64,000 nucleotides of DNA, taken from positions 1,357 to 65,356 of the forward strand of contig JAFIGI010000059.1 of assembly GCA_020831465.1 (NCBI GenBank). The letters are read 5' to 3'. How positions within the stretch are numbered: the first letter of the stretch is position 1; each line of letters begins with the position of its first letter. This DNA comes from Chlamydiales bacterium. GTDB lineage: Bacteria > Chlamydiota > Chlamydiia > Chlamydiales > JAAKFR01. Shown piece after piece: positions 1 to 8,103 of this stretch. Under the pieces are notes generated by a model. The model was not told the origin of the DNA. It saw only the letters and a list, made by a program, of their open reading frames with translations, and did no database searches. A program made the translations under genes and the position numbers.

Positions 1-284
1 GCCAGCGCAGCCATCCCCGCAGCTCCTCCCGCGAAAAAGGGAAGCCCTAAGGCTCCTTCCGCAAGATAAGCTGCAACGGCAAGGGCGCCGCGTTTGGCAC
101 CGAGCAGCGCTCCGAGCAATAAAACGGCTAAGGTTTGCATAGAGAGGGGAACGGGGCTGAACCAAAGAGGGATGGAAATTTGAGCCATCAAAGCCAGAAA
201 AAGAGAGCCGGCTAAGAGAGAGACAATGTTGAGTGCGCACACATAACCTGTTCGCGAAGTGCGGATCACATCAGTATAAGACAT
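1..284 (-). CDS. bioY: BioY-family biotin transporter component; only the 5' part is present because the gene runs off the window start
   Basis: My own minus-strand translation from the ATG at 284-282 gives MSYTDVIRTSRTGYVCALNIVSLLAGSLFLALMAQISIPLWFSPVPLSMQTLAVLLLGALLGAKRGALAVAAYLAEGALGLPFFAGGAAG... The PxxxQTLAVLL.GALLG....G.P.FAGG pattern is the BioY signature as I recall it. AAGGTG lies about 7 nt upstream. The ORF is absent from the track because it is open at the window edge. Confidence 0.65.
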   Translation of the reverse strand, partial: MSYTDVIRTSRTGYVCALNIVSLLAGSLFLALMAQISIPLWFSPVPLSMQTLAVLLLGALLGAKRGALAVAAYLAEGALGLPFFAGGAAGMAAL

Positions 285-328
285 CAGAATCACCTTTTTT
301 TAGTCGCGTAGTATAAAAAAGGGTTCTT

Positions 329-1168
329 TTATTTTCGAGGATGAAATTTTGAAAAGGCTGATTGAAGACGGCTTTGACTGACATGGGTGTAGCGGTCGGT
401 GGAGGCGATATGGGAGTGTCCCAGCATTTCCTGTATGATCCGTAGATCGGCCCCGTTGTCGAGAAGATGCGTGGCAAAACTATGTCTGAGTGTATGCGGG
501 GAAATGATTTTTTGAATGTTTGCTTTCTTAGCATACTTTTTGATCATCTTCCACACTGTAATCCTGTCGATAGGGTTGCCTCTGTTGGTTAGGAAGAGAG
601 CATCCCCCTTAAAACGGTCCCGGAACCGAGTTAAATAGTAATCGACCGCCTGCAGGGCGGCGCAGCCGATCGGGACGACCCTTTCCTTCCCCCCTTTTCC
701 GGTGACTCTCACGCTCCTTTCATCGATCGAATAAAGAGAGAGAGAGCATACCTCGGAAACGCGGAGTCCGCTCCCATAGAGCACCTCGAGTATGGCGCGA
801 TCCCGCGCGCCGGCTGGGGTTTTTGAATCCGGAGCTTCTAAAAGGCGGTTTACCTCATCTTGAGTCATCACCTCGGGGATCAGCTGCCAGAGTTTAGGTG
901 TTTCGAGCAAGACGCTTAGGTTCTGTTCAAGAATCCCCTCCCGAAAAAGAAAACGTAAGAAAACTTTGAGTGCGATTAGAGCGCGAGAGATTGAGGAGGA
1001 GGCGTATCCTCGCATTTTTAAGTCGGAGAGGTGGCGGACAATCGCTTCAACGCTAATCGGATGCCGCATTAAAAATGTACGGATATCTCGCTCATATGCT
1101 TCGATTGTGTTGGAAGAAAGCCCTTTTTCGCTCCTCAGGTATGCGATAAAGTCATCAAGATAGTTCAT
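329..1168 (-). CDS. xerD: Tyrosine site-specific recombinase XerD/XerC
   Basis: ORF 329..1321 is trimmed to the internal ATG at 1168 (MNYLDDFIAYLRSEKGLSSNTIEAYERDIRTF...), because the longer 5' extension overlaps the upstream ORF. LYGSGLRVSE, GKGGKERVVP and HTLRHSFATHLLDNGADLRIIQEMLGHSHIASTDRYTHV carry the R..HxxR..Y catalytic motifs. GADLR and THV resemble E. coli XerD more than XerC (from memory), so the C/D choice is tentative. Confidence 0.85.
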   Translation of the reverse strand: MNYLDDFIAYLRSEKGLSSNTIEAYERDIRTFLMRHPISVEAIVRHLSDLKMRGYASSSISRALIALKVFLRFLFREGILEQNLSVLLETPKLWQLIPEVMTQDEVNRLLEAPDSKTPAGARDRAILEVLYGSGLRVSEVCSLSLYSIDERSVRVTGKGGKERVVPIGCAALQAVDYYLTRFRDRFKGDALFLTNRGNPIDRITVWKMIKKYAKKANIQKIISPHTLRHSFATHLLDNGADLRIIQEMLGHSHIASTDRYTHVSQSRLQSAFSKFHPRK

Positions 1169-1595
1169 TGAGGAGTCTGACAAGCTGCTCTCCCGCTTTT
1201 CTTCCCTCTTCGGGTGAGAGGCGCATCTTCGGGACAACGACGACTTCGCCCGTTTCCGGAATTTCGTAATAGGTCTCGCTTCTCCGCGCAATTTGATCTC
1301 TTCGGTGAAGATAGAGGGCAAGAACGGAGAGAAGTTTCGGATCTTCAGTTCTGCGGAAGAGTTCGAGCGCTTGCTCGTCAGGCGAATGCCTCTTTTCTTT
1401 TTTCAGAGGGATTTTCCCCCGCCAAAAGGGGCCATACTTCCCTCTCTTCTCTTGCTCCCAACATTTTGGGCAGTAGTCAGCTCGCTCCCATCCCTCATCT
1501 GTCGATTTGAGAAGAGAGACATATTCAGAACCGGGGGTAAAAGGTTCGTCCCCCGCAGCACAGCGGGTTAAACGTTTCGGAATTTTTTCTTTCAT
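1155..1595 (-). CDS. Hypothetical protein (146 aa), Cys-containing (CAAG...CPKC)
   Basis: Intact ORF. Its stop overlaps the xerD start by 14 nt, which suggests an operon. I recognise no family. Confidence 0.55.
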   Translation of the reverse strand: MKEKIPKRLTRCAAGDEPFTPGSEYVSLLKSTDEGWERADYCPKCWEQEKRGKYGPFWRGKIPLKKEKRHSPDEQALELFRRTEDPKLLSVLALYLHRRDQIARRSETYYEIPETGEVVVVPKMRLSPEEGRKAGEQLVRLLNELS

Positions 1596-1638
1596 TGCTT
1601 GCTCATTTTATTGTATATGGATTTTGGTAAATAATACA

Positions 1639-3267
1639 ATGGAGAGAGTCATGGGGCACACACCGACACGAGCCGGTCACGAATCTTCTTTTCGACATTA
1701 TAAAGCGACACATGTTTTAAAAGGGTTGGCGTCGACACCGTATGACTTAACGATCGAAGGAAATCTCTCTGCGAACCGTATCGAACGGTTTTCAGCCCAA
1801 GCGGGCGAGTTCAAACTTCTATATGGAACGGAAAGAGTGAATGACGATGTGATGCATGCCTTAAAGGAGCTCGCCCACGAGGCGCACATGATCGAAAAGA
1901 TGGAGGCGATGCAGCGGGGAGAAGTAGTCAATAAGATCGAAGGATACCCCAGCGAAAACAGGCGCGTACTCCACACGGCAATGCGCGATTTTTTCATGCA
2001 TCCTAATCAGGGAAAAGAAGCGGCCAAGGCAACAAGCGCAGCGAAAGCGGAGTGCGACAAGCTCAAAGAGTTCATGGCTGAAATTGACAAAAGCGAAAAG
2101 TTCACGGATATCATCCAAATCGGAATCGGGGGTTCGGACCTAGGACCCCGCGCCCTTTACCTCGCTCTTCAAGCCTTCAGAAAACATGGACGCCAGGCGC
2201 ACTTTATCTCAAACGTCGATCCCGACGATGCGGCGGCCTTGCTCAGAACGATTGACCCTAAAAAAACCCTTGTCGTGGTCGTCTCCAAATCGGGAGGGAC
2301 TCTTGAAACATTGACCAACGAAGAGCTGGTGCGCGACTATTTCAAAAAAGCGGGATGCAAGCCCGAAGAGCATTTTCTGGCTGTAACGGGAGAGGGAAGC
2401 CCGATGGACAACCCTGAACGCTATCTTGCCTCTTTTTATATTTGGGATTTTATCGGAGGACGCTATTCGGCGACTTCGATGGTTGGTGCTGTGATGCTCG
2501 CCTTCGCCATCGGGTTCGATCAATTGACGAATATACTCAAGGGGGCGCATGAAATGGACAGGATCGCGCTCAACCCAGATTTTGATGAAAATCTCCCCCT
2601 TCTAGGAGCTATGCTTGGAATCTGGAACCGTAATTTCCTCCACTACCCGACAGTCGCTATCCTCCCCTACTCTCAAGCGCTCTTACGTTTCCCTGCCCAC
2701 CTGCAACAATGCAATATGGAGTCGAACGGGAAGAGGATCGACAAAAAAGGCAATCCCGTCGATTTTGATACCGGTCCGATCGTTTGGGGGGAACCGGGAA
2801 CCAACGGCCAGCACTCCTTCTACCAGTTGATCCATCAAGGCACCAATATCGTGCCGTGCGAGTTTATCGGATTCCGGGAGTCGCAATATCAGGAAGATCT
2901 CAACATAAAAGGTTCGCTTTCACAGGAGAAGCTTCTCTCCAACCTTTTCGCGCAATCGATTGCACTTGCTAAAGGACAGAAAAGCGACAATCCGAATAAG
3001 GTCTTCCCCGGAAATAGACCCAGTAACATCCTCCTCGCGAAGCGCCTCGATCCTTTTACCCTTGGCTCTTTGCTCTCTTATTATGAAAACAAGATCGCCT
3101 TTCAGGGATTTTGCTGGAATATTAATTCCTTTGACCAAGAGGGAGTCCAACTTGGGAAGAAGCTCGCAAACAAAATCATCGACTATTTTAGCGCAAAGCG
3201 GCAAGGGAAGAGGGCTGAAAAGTTTCCCGAAGCTGAGGCGATGCTACGCCATCTAGAAAACTTGTAA
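1639..3267 (+). CDS. pgi: Glucose-6-phosphate isomerase
   Basis: ORF 1507..3267 is trimmed to the ATG at 1639 (MERVMGHTP...), because the 5' extension overlaps the divergent ORF. PGI motifs are present: IGIGGSDLGPR, VVVSKSGGTLETL, GGRYSATS, QQCNMESNGK and GEPGTNGQHSFYQLIHQG. Confidence 0.92.
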   Translation: MERVMGHTPTRAGHESSFRHYKATHVLKGLASTPYDLTIEGNLSANRIERFSAQAGEFKLLYGTERVNDDVMHALKELAHEAHMIEKMEAMQRGEVVNKIEGYPSENRRVLHTAMRDFFMHPNQGKEAAKATSAAKAECDKLKEFMAEIDKSEKFTDIIQIGIGGSDLGPRALYLALQAFRKHGRQAHFISNVDPDDAAALLRTIDPKKTLVVVVSKSGGTLETLTNEELVRDYFKKAGCKPEEHFLAVTGEGSPMDNPERYLASFYIWDFIGGRYSATSMVGAVMLAFAIGFDQLTNILKGAHEMDRIALNPDFDENLPLLGAMLGIWNRNFLHYPTVAILPYSQALLRFPAHLQQCNMESNGKRIDKKGNPVDFDTGPIVWGEPGTNGQHSFYQLIHQGTNIVPCEFIGFRESQYQEDLNIKGSLSQEKLLSNLFAQSIALAKGQKSDNPNKVFPGNRPSNILLAKRLDPFTLGSLLSYYENKIAFQGFCWNINSFDQEGVQLGKKLANKIIDYFSAKRQGKRAEKFPEAEAMLRHLENL

Positions 3268-3299
3268 GGATCCAGCTTGCTGCGCAGCAGGCTGGATTC

Positions 3300-4115
3300 T
3301 TAAGAATCAAGGAAGAGGACCTCTCCCCCTGCGGCTTCGAAGCCAAGCAACTTGCGTCGGCAACGATCGGTAACTGCTGAAGAGACCGCAATGAGGCGGT
3401 CGATCCCCTCCCATTCATGAGTAAGGATCTGTTCGGGGATCATCCTGACCGGCTCATCCGGGACGGGAAAGGGGCCGCTCTCCGGCACAACCACACCAGT
3501 CTGAAGGGGCCTTTCAGGTAGAGGAGAGAAAGGGATTTCGGAAAAGAAGCCAAGAGGTGAATGAGGGTGATCCCATGCCAGAGCGGGGAAGGCATAGGGG
3601 TAGGTTTCGGGCCATTTACCCTTCAAAATTGGGGTCAAGAACCCGAGCGCTGCTTGATTGAGCGAACGGAAATAGGTTTCAGCATCCTCGATATAAGTGG
3701 TATCAAAAAAAACAAAAGGACGGACCGTTTCGGGAAGACGAGAGGCTAAGAGCTTGAGTGTGTCGAGCCACGATTCTGCGAAAGGCCCGCGGTAAAGGGC
3801 AACGCCAAAGGTTTGCTCTTCAAATTGCGGCCACACGGTTTTAGCAAAATGCTCAACGGCTAGCTCCAAAGCTAAATAACGGGCCTCGTCTTCCGGAATA
3901 AGGGCATCCAAGGCAAAATCGAGCTCCCACAAAATCAGGGCGTTTTCGACCTCGAATTTCCATTTCAAGGCCGAACGTTCGGAAGCATCCAAACGGATTG
4001 TCTGCACGTTGAATCCCTCCGGAAGCTCTCCCCTTCCACCATAGATACGAGCGAAAAAAGCTTCACCTTTATGCAAAAAATGCTGCTCAAAACCTGAAAA
4101 AACGAGTTCCATCAA
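3300..4115 (-). CDS. Hypothetical protein (271 aa)
   Basis: Intact ORF. Its start overlaps the trmB stop by 4 nt, which suggests translational coupling. No recognisable motif. Confidence 0.55.
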   Translation of the reverse strand: MMELVFSGFEQHFLHKGEAFFARIYGGRGELPEGFNVQTIRLDASERSALKWKFEVENALILWELDFALDALIPEDEARYLALELAVEHFAKTVWPQFEEQTFGVALYRGPFAESWLDTLKLLASRLPETVRPFVFFDTTYIEDAETYFRSLNQAALGFLTPILKGKWPETYPYAFPALAWDHPHSPLGFFSEIPFSPLPERPLQTGVVVPESGPFPVPDEPVRMIPEQILTHEWEGIDRLIAVSSAVTDRCRRKLLGFEAAGGEVLFLDS

Positions 4116-4777
4116 CGATTAATAAATTGAAGATATTGAATTTTTTTTCCCTTTCTGCGCCACAGACTTTCAAACCAAGAAGCGCCGTATTCGGGGAGGT
4201 CGGTGAGCAACTTGTAGGAGTCGAAACTAGGGTGGCTGCGAAAGAGGGAGAGAGTTTGTTCGACATAATCGGGATCATCGGAGACAAACATCACTTTTTT
4301 TCCCGTTTTCAATACTCGAGCTAACTGGTCGAGAAAACGAAGCTTCATTAGACGGTGTTTCTCATGCTTTTCCTTAGGCCAGGGATCAGGAAAATTGATG
4401 AAAGCTTCATCGATTGAACCGTTTTGAACATAGTGGCGCGTAAAGGTCCACGCCTCGCCGCATACGGCAATCAGATTAGTAAGGTTCTCATTTTTAATTT
4501 TCGACCAGATTTTTCTGATGCGGTCGTAACGCATCTCAACAGCAACCCAGTTCCGATCGGGAAATTGTTGCGCTTTCTCAACAATCCAGGCGCCGTTGCC
4601 TGCGCAATACTCGATAGAGACAGGGTTACGATTCCCGAAAAGAGTATTGTCCTCCCATCCGGGAAAGAGAAATGCGTCGTGCCGGTCGTAATGATTCGGG
4701 ACATGGAAGACACGGTCGACAATCAACGGCCGCCTCTCTTCCCAGGAAAATGCAGCTTTTAAATCTTTTGGTTTCAT
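4112..4777 (-). CDS. trmB: tRNA (guanine-N7)-methyltransferase
   Basis: IEYCAGNGAWIVEKA is the SAM-binding motif. FINFPDPWPKEKHEKHRL is the characteristic TrmB motif. Confidence 0.85.
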   Translation of the reverse strand: MKPKDLKAAFSWEERRPLIVDRVFHVPNHYDRHDAFLFPGWEDNTLFGNRNPVSIEYCAGNGAWIVEKAQQFPDRNWVAVEMRYDRIRKIWSKIKNENLTNLIAVCGEAWTFTRHYVQNGSIDEAFINFPDPWPKEKHEKHRLMKLRFLDQLARVLKTGKKVMFVSDDPDYVEQTLSLFRSHPSFDSYKLLTDLPEYGASWFESLWRRKGKKIQYLQFINR

Positions 4778-4869
4778 TGAGACTTTGAAATTATAGCGAT
4801 CTTCCCATTTTTACGCTTGAAGATTACTCATATTCTTGAGTAATCTCCATTCTCATTGGAGGAATTTCT

Positions 4870-5511
4870 ATGCAATTAGTTCCAATTTTAGCTGAAGAAA
4901 CAACCTATTTAGATCTTTTACAGGTCTTTAGAGCTTCCCCTCTTATTTATATCATTTTATTTACCCTCTCTCTTTTTGCCTTTGTGGTATGGTTCTACAG
5001 CTTTTTAACCGTTCGACAGTCGCAGATGGTTCCTCCCGATTTCCTGAAGCATATCCGGGGGCTTCTTCTCGAAAAAAGATACGAAGCCGCTCTCGATGCC
5101 TGCCAAAAAGCGCGTCATTTTTCCGGGAGCATCCTCGCATGCGGAATTATGGCCCGGGCGCATGGTCATCAAGTCATGGTCGAAGCGATGCAGACAGAAG
5201 GAAAACGATGCGGTGTGACACTTTGGCAACGGATCTCTTTGATTAATGATGTTGCGATCATCGCCCCTATGCTCGGACTTCTGGGGACAGTCCTCGGCCT
5301 CTTCTATGCCTTTTATGACGTGAACCGCTCCCCCGATACCCTTGCCTCGATTTTCGATGGGCTTGGGATCGCCGTCGGGACAACAGTTGCCGGGTTGATC
5401 GTCGCGATCCTGTCGATGGTTTTTTATGCCACTTTAAAGTTTCGCGTCGTTCGCTTGCTCAATACTCTTGAGAATGAAACCCTTGTATTAGGAAACTTGA
5501 TCGAGACATGA
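4870..5511 (+). CDS. MotA/TolQ/ExbB family proton-channel protein
   Basis: The architecture has three TM segments. The C-terminal segment APMLGLLGTVLGLFYAF....GLGIAVGTTVAGLIVAI is typical of TolQ/ExbB. The stop overlaps the start of the next gene. Confidence 0.8.
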   Translation: MQLVPILAEETTYLDLLQVFRASPLIYIILFTLSLFAFVVWFYSFLTVRQSQMVPPDFLKHIRGLLLEKRYEAALDACQKARHFSGSILACGIMARAHGHQVMVEAMQTEGKRCGVTLWQRISLINDVAIIAPMLGLLGTVLGLFYAFYDVNRSPDTLASIFDGLGIAVGTTVAGLIVAILSMVFYATLKFRVVRLLNTLENETLVLGNLIET

Positions 5512-5966
5512 CCTTTATCCCCGACGAGGAACTGAAGGAGCAAACCGGGCTGACCCTAGCTCCCATGATTGACTTTCTCTTCCTGATGCTGGCCGTTTTT
5601 GCCTCGCTGGCAGTTTCGCGCATCGTCATGCGCGACACTGAGATCGAGCTTGTTCGCTCTAGGATCGAATCTCCTGCCCCTCTTATTGATCCGCGTGACT
5701 ACAAGTTCATTCACATCACCATCTCCAAAGAAGGAACCTATAAATGGGTAACCGAGATTCGCGACTATCCTCTAGAGTCCCCTGAAGAGATCGCACATGA
5801 ACTTATCCAACAATACCAACGAGGTCTTTTGCCCGAAGAGAAGCTCAAAACGCAGGTCTTGCTCAAAATCGACCGTGAGACTCGCTGGGAACCGATCTTG
5901 AAAGCCATACTTGCCATCCGTGAAACGGGATTTGAGGTGCGTCCAATCTACGAACCTGCAAATTAA
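5508..5966 (+). CDS. ExbD/TolR family protein
   Basis: It has an N-terminal single TM segment (LAPMIDFLFLMLAVFASLAV), is about 150 aa long, and has an ATGA overlap with the preceding TolQ/ExbB gene. Confidence 0.72.
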   Translation: MTFIPDEELKEQTGLTLAPMIDFLFLMLAVFASLAVSRIVMRDTEIELVRSRIESPAPLIDPRDYKFIHITISKEGTYKWVTEIRDYPLESPEEIAHELIQQYQRGLLPEEKLKTQVLLKIDRETRWEPILKAILAIRETGFEVRPIYEPAN

Positions 5967-5971
5967 GCAGA

Positions 5972-6005
5972 GGGTGCACGCCGCCAGTTAGGTCGGTGTA
6001 CACCC
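5972..6005. terminator. Imperfect hairpin between convergent genes; possible bidirectional terminator
   Basis: GGGTGCACGCC...GGTGTACACCC forms 10 of 11 pairs including one G-U. There is no clear U-tract, so the call is weak. Confidence 0.3.
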
Positions 6006-6044
6006 CAAAGTGCAGACTAGAGAATTTCAGAAGTTAAATCGATA

Positions 6045-6350
6045 TTACCACGACCTGTAATAACCATAACGGTATGGAGAGTAGTATGGTCTGTAGTAAT
6101 ATGGCCTGCCCCAGTATCCTCTGCCTCCCCAGTATGGTCTGCCCCAGTAGACTCCAAAACGGACTCGTTGAGCGATCTCTTCACCGTTAGGGTCTTCTTT
6201 TATAGCTAATCTTTCCTGTCTTTTATCCTTATCTTTATCCTTGTCATAGTCCTTGTCTTTATTCTCATGATAGGCTGCAAAAACTGAGGCCGGCATTGCA
6301 AGAGCCGACAAAAGCAAGCTATAGACGACAGTGCGTTTTAGTTTAGACAT
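6045..6350 (-). CDS. Small secreted Tyr/Arg/Pro/Gly/Trp-rich protein (paralogue 1 of 5)
   Basis: A signal peptide (MSKLKRTVVYSLLLSALAMPASVFA) is followed by a KD-repeat spacer and the tail YWGRPYWGGRGYWGRPYYYRPYYSPYRYGYYRSW. A GGGAGGA ribosome-binding site (RBS) lies upstream. Confidence 0.75.
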   Translation of the reverse strand: MSKLKRTVVYSLLLSALAMPASVFAAYHENKDKDYDKDKDKDKRQERLAIKEDPNGEEIAQRVRFGVYWGRPYWGGRGYWGRPYYYRPYYSPYRYGYYRSW

Positions 6351-6406
6351 AAATCCTCCCTAAATTTTTATTAATCTTATTCTAAATATTAATCATCACC
6401 CTTAAA

Positions 6407-6772
6407 TTAGCATTGATAAGGGCTATAGTAGTAATAAGGACTATAGTAGTATGGCCTTCCATAAAAGAACTGCTGCTGAGCATTATCTCCGTTCCCGTTT
6501 TCATCATCATAATATTCGGGCATTTCGCGATCTAATCTATCCTGCATTCTACCATCAAATCGCTGACGATCAATGAACTGTCGTCGATCAGATCCATTTC
6601 CGTTTCCATTGTCGTAATCATACTGCCGCATTTCCCGATCTAATCTCTGCTCTCTTTGGTTATTATTATTTTTATTGTTATTATAATTTTCGCTATCCGC
6701 AAAAATTGATCCCGGCATTGCAAGAGCCGACAAAAGTAAGCTGAATAAGAGCGTATTTCTAAGCTTAGACAT
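6407..6772 (-). CDS. Small secreted Tyr-rich protein (paralogue 2 of 5)
   Basis: The signal peptide MSKLRNTLLFSLLLSALAMPGSIFA is near-identical to that of paralogue 1. There is an internal duplication (RLDREM.xY.D.NGNG, twice). The tail is GRPYYYSPYYYYSPYQC. A strong AAGGAGGA RBS lies upstream. Confidence 0.75.
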   Translation of the reverse strand: MSKLRNTLLFSLLLSALAMPGSIFADSENYNNNKNNNNQREQRLDREMRQYDYDNGNGNGSDRRQFIDRQRFDGRMQDRLDREMPEYYDDENGNGDNAQQQFFYGRPYYYSPYYYYSPYQC

Positions 6773-6874
6773 AATTCCTCCTTTAAAATATAACCGTAAA
6801 ATTTAAAATTTTTTTAAAAACCTCCTTTTTTAACAAAAAAAGCAATTGTTTTACACTTATTAACAACCAGTTTT

Positions 6875-7336
6875 CTACCACCTACGGGAATAGCCTAAAT
6901 CATGGTTTTGCAGCGGGTGGTTTTGATGCTGGGCATGCAGCGGTTTTTTATAATACAATGGCGATGTTTCCGAGCGCTTTCCGGGATGGGGAGCCTCTTC
7001 AAGGGTAGAGGAATATGAATTTTGAATGTGATTCGACAAAGGTCGTTCGTAACTATTATGCTGATGAGGATAACTATATTGGTGGGTTTGATTGTAATTG
7101 TATTGGTATCGGTCATAATGGCGATAGTAGTAAGGACCGTACCATCTGTGAGCCGACCAGTGATAGCGATAGGGATAAAACCTGGTGTGATGAAAGTCTG
7201 AACGGACGTAAGGGTGCGGAGTGTAATGTCTATAATCCGCATAAGGGTGATAATGGAAATGCTCATAACTTGTTTGAGCAAAAAGAGGCAGTGCCAACAG
7301 GAAGCCGGCAGCAGCTATAAAGATTGCTTTTCCCAT
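6875..7336 (-). CDS. Secreted Tyr/His-rich protein (paralogue 3 of 5)
   Basis: A signal peptide (MGKAIFIAAAGFLLALPLFAQ) is followed by HYHPYADYRHYTPHPY...RFYPYRYHW..WYGPYYYRHYDRYQYNYNQ. A GGGAGA RBS lies upstream. Confidence 0.7.
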   Translation of the reverse strand: MGKAIFIAAAGFLLALPLFAQTSYEHFHYHPYADYRHYTPHPYVRSDFHHTRFYPYRYHWSAHRWYGPYYYRHYDRYQYNYNQTHQYSYPHQHNSYERPLSNHIQNSYSSTLEEAPHPGKRSETSPLYYKKPLHAQHQNHPLQNHDLGYSRRW

Positions 7337-7425
7337 ATCATATCTCCCGTCTCTTCAGTTCCACAATAGAATGTGAACCTGAAGAAACGTCTGATACAAT
7401 CTCTTTGGCCCCAACGCTTTCACAC

Positions 7426-7677
7426 CTAATCGCAGGTGTAGACATAAGTACCGTTTGTATAGAGCCAATAACAAGATCGGCTGCTGCGCTGGTACTCCGG
7501 ACGAGGGTAGTAGTACTGATACTTATAAGGGTAATAGAAGCTAAATGGACGCCTCTGTCCGTATTCAATCGACACCTTGCGAATGGCGTATTCCGGCAAT
7601 CTCGCTTCCAGAACACATAAAGGTGTAATTGCAATAAACACTAAAAATGCACTAAACAAGAGCTGCTTCATAGACAT
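7426..7677 (-). CDS. Small secreted Tyr-rich protein (paralogue 4 of 5)
   Basis: The track ORF 7426..7686 begins at a GTG that overlaps the upstream stop. I prefer the ATG at 7677 (MSMKQLLFSAFLVFIAITPLCVLEA), which has AGGTGA upstream. The tail is RRPFSFYYPYKYQYYYPRPEYQR. Confidence 0.65.
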   Translation of the reverse strand: MSMKQLLFSAFLVFIAITPLCVLEARLPEYAIRKVSIEYGQRRPFSFYYPYKYQYYYPRPEYQRSSRSCYWLYTNGTYVYTCD

Positions 7678-7682
7678 GAGTA

Positions 7683-7886
7683 TCACCTATAATAATAACG
7701 ATGATAATAGGGACGAAAGGGATGGTAGTAAAAGTAAGGCCTATTATAATAGACCTCCCAAGAAAATTGTTGAGCAGGTTGTTCCGCTTTAGAAAGTTGC
7801 TGCTCGTCAACATAGTAAGCAAAAGCGGAAAATGGGATCGCAAACAAGAGTACGCTGCGTAAGAGGGTTCGCTCTGGTTTAGACAT
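7683..7886 (-). CDS. Small secreted Tyr-rich protein (paralogue 5 of 5)
   Basis: A signal peptide (MSKPERTLLRSVLLFAIPFSAFA) is followed by the tail VYYNRPYFYYHPFRPYYHRYYYR. An AGGGGA RBS lies upstream. Confidence 0.7.
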   Translation of the reverse strand: MSKPERTLLRSVLLFAIPFSAFAYYVDEQQLSKAEQPAQQFSWEVYYNRPYFYYHPFRPYYHRYYYR

Positions 7887-8103
7887 AAATTCCCCTAAAA
7901 ATTTATTACCTCAAAGACCAACCACTCTCTTAACCTACTCTGTTACTTCATCCTACAACTTCATTATATACATTTTTTTATTTAAATGTCTAACAATGAA
8001 AACGACTCCCTCAGAATTTTTTTTGCTCTCCTTGACAAATTTTAACCCTATAGGAAAATCTAAGTTCTTTAATAGATTTTAATAGTTTTTTCAGTAGAGC
8101 GTT

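Noticed and set aside
329-1168. The tyrosine recombinase as a possible integrase of a mobile element.
   Set aside because: Its sequence and length fit chromosomal XerC/XerD dimer-resolution recombinases. It sits among housekeeping genes, about 5 kb from the accessory block and on the far side of pgi, trmB and tolQR.
1169-1321. N-terminal extensions in the supplied ORFs: xerD to 1321, pgi from 1507, truA from 40833, family-A gene to 45043, pnp from 57835, fumC to 36423 and nhaD to 33160.
   Set aside because: The extensions overlap neighbouring genes, start at non-ATG codons or have no counterpart in homologues or paralogues. The internal ATGs reproduce the canonical N-termini.
6895-7320. A 128-aa minus-strand ORF and a 101-aa plus-strand ORF that overlap the Tyr/His-rich gene at 6875..7336.
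   Set aside because: The frame chosen for 6875..7336 has a signal peptide, an RBS and the same Tyr-rich grammar as its four neighbours. The competing frames have none of these.
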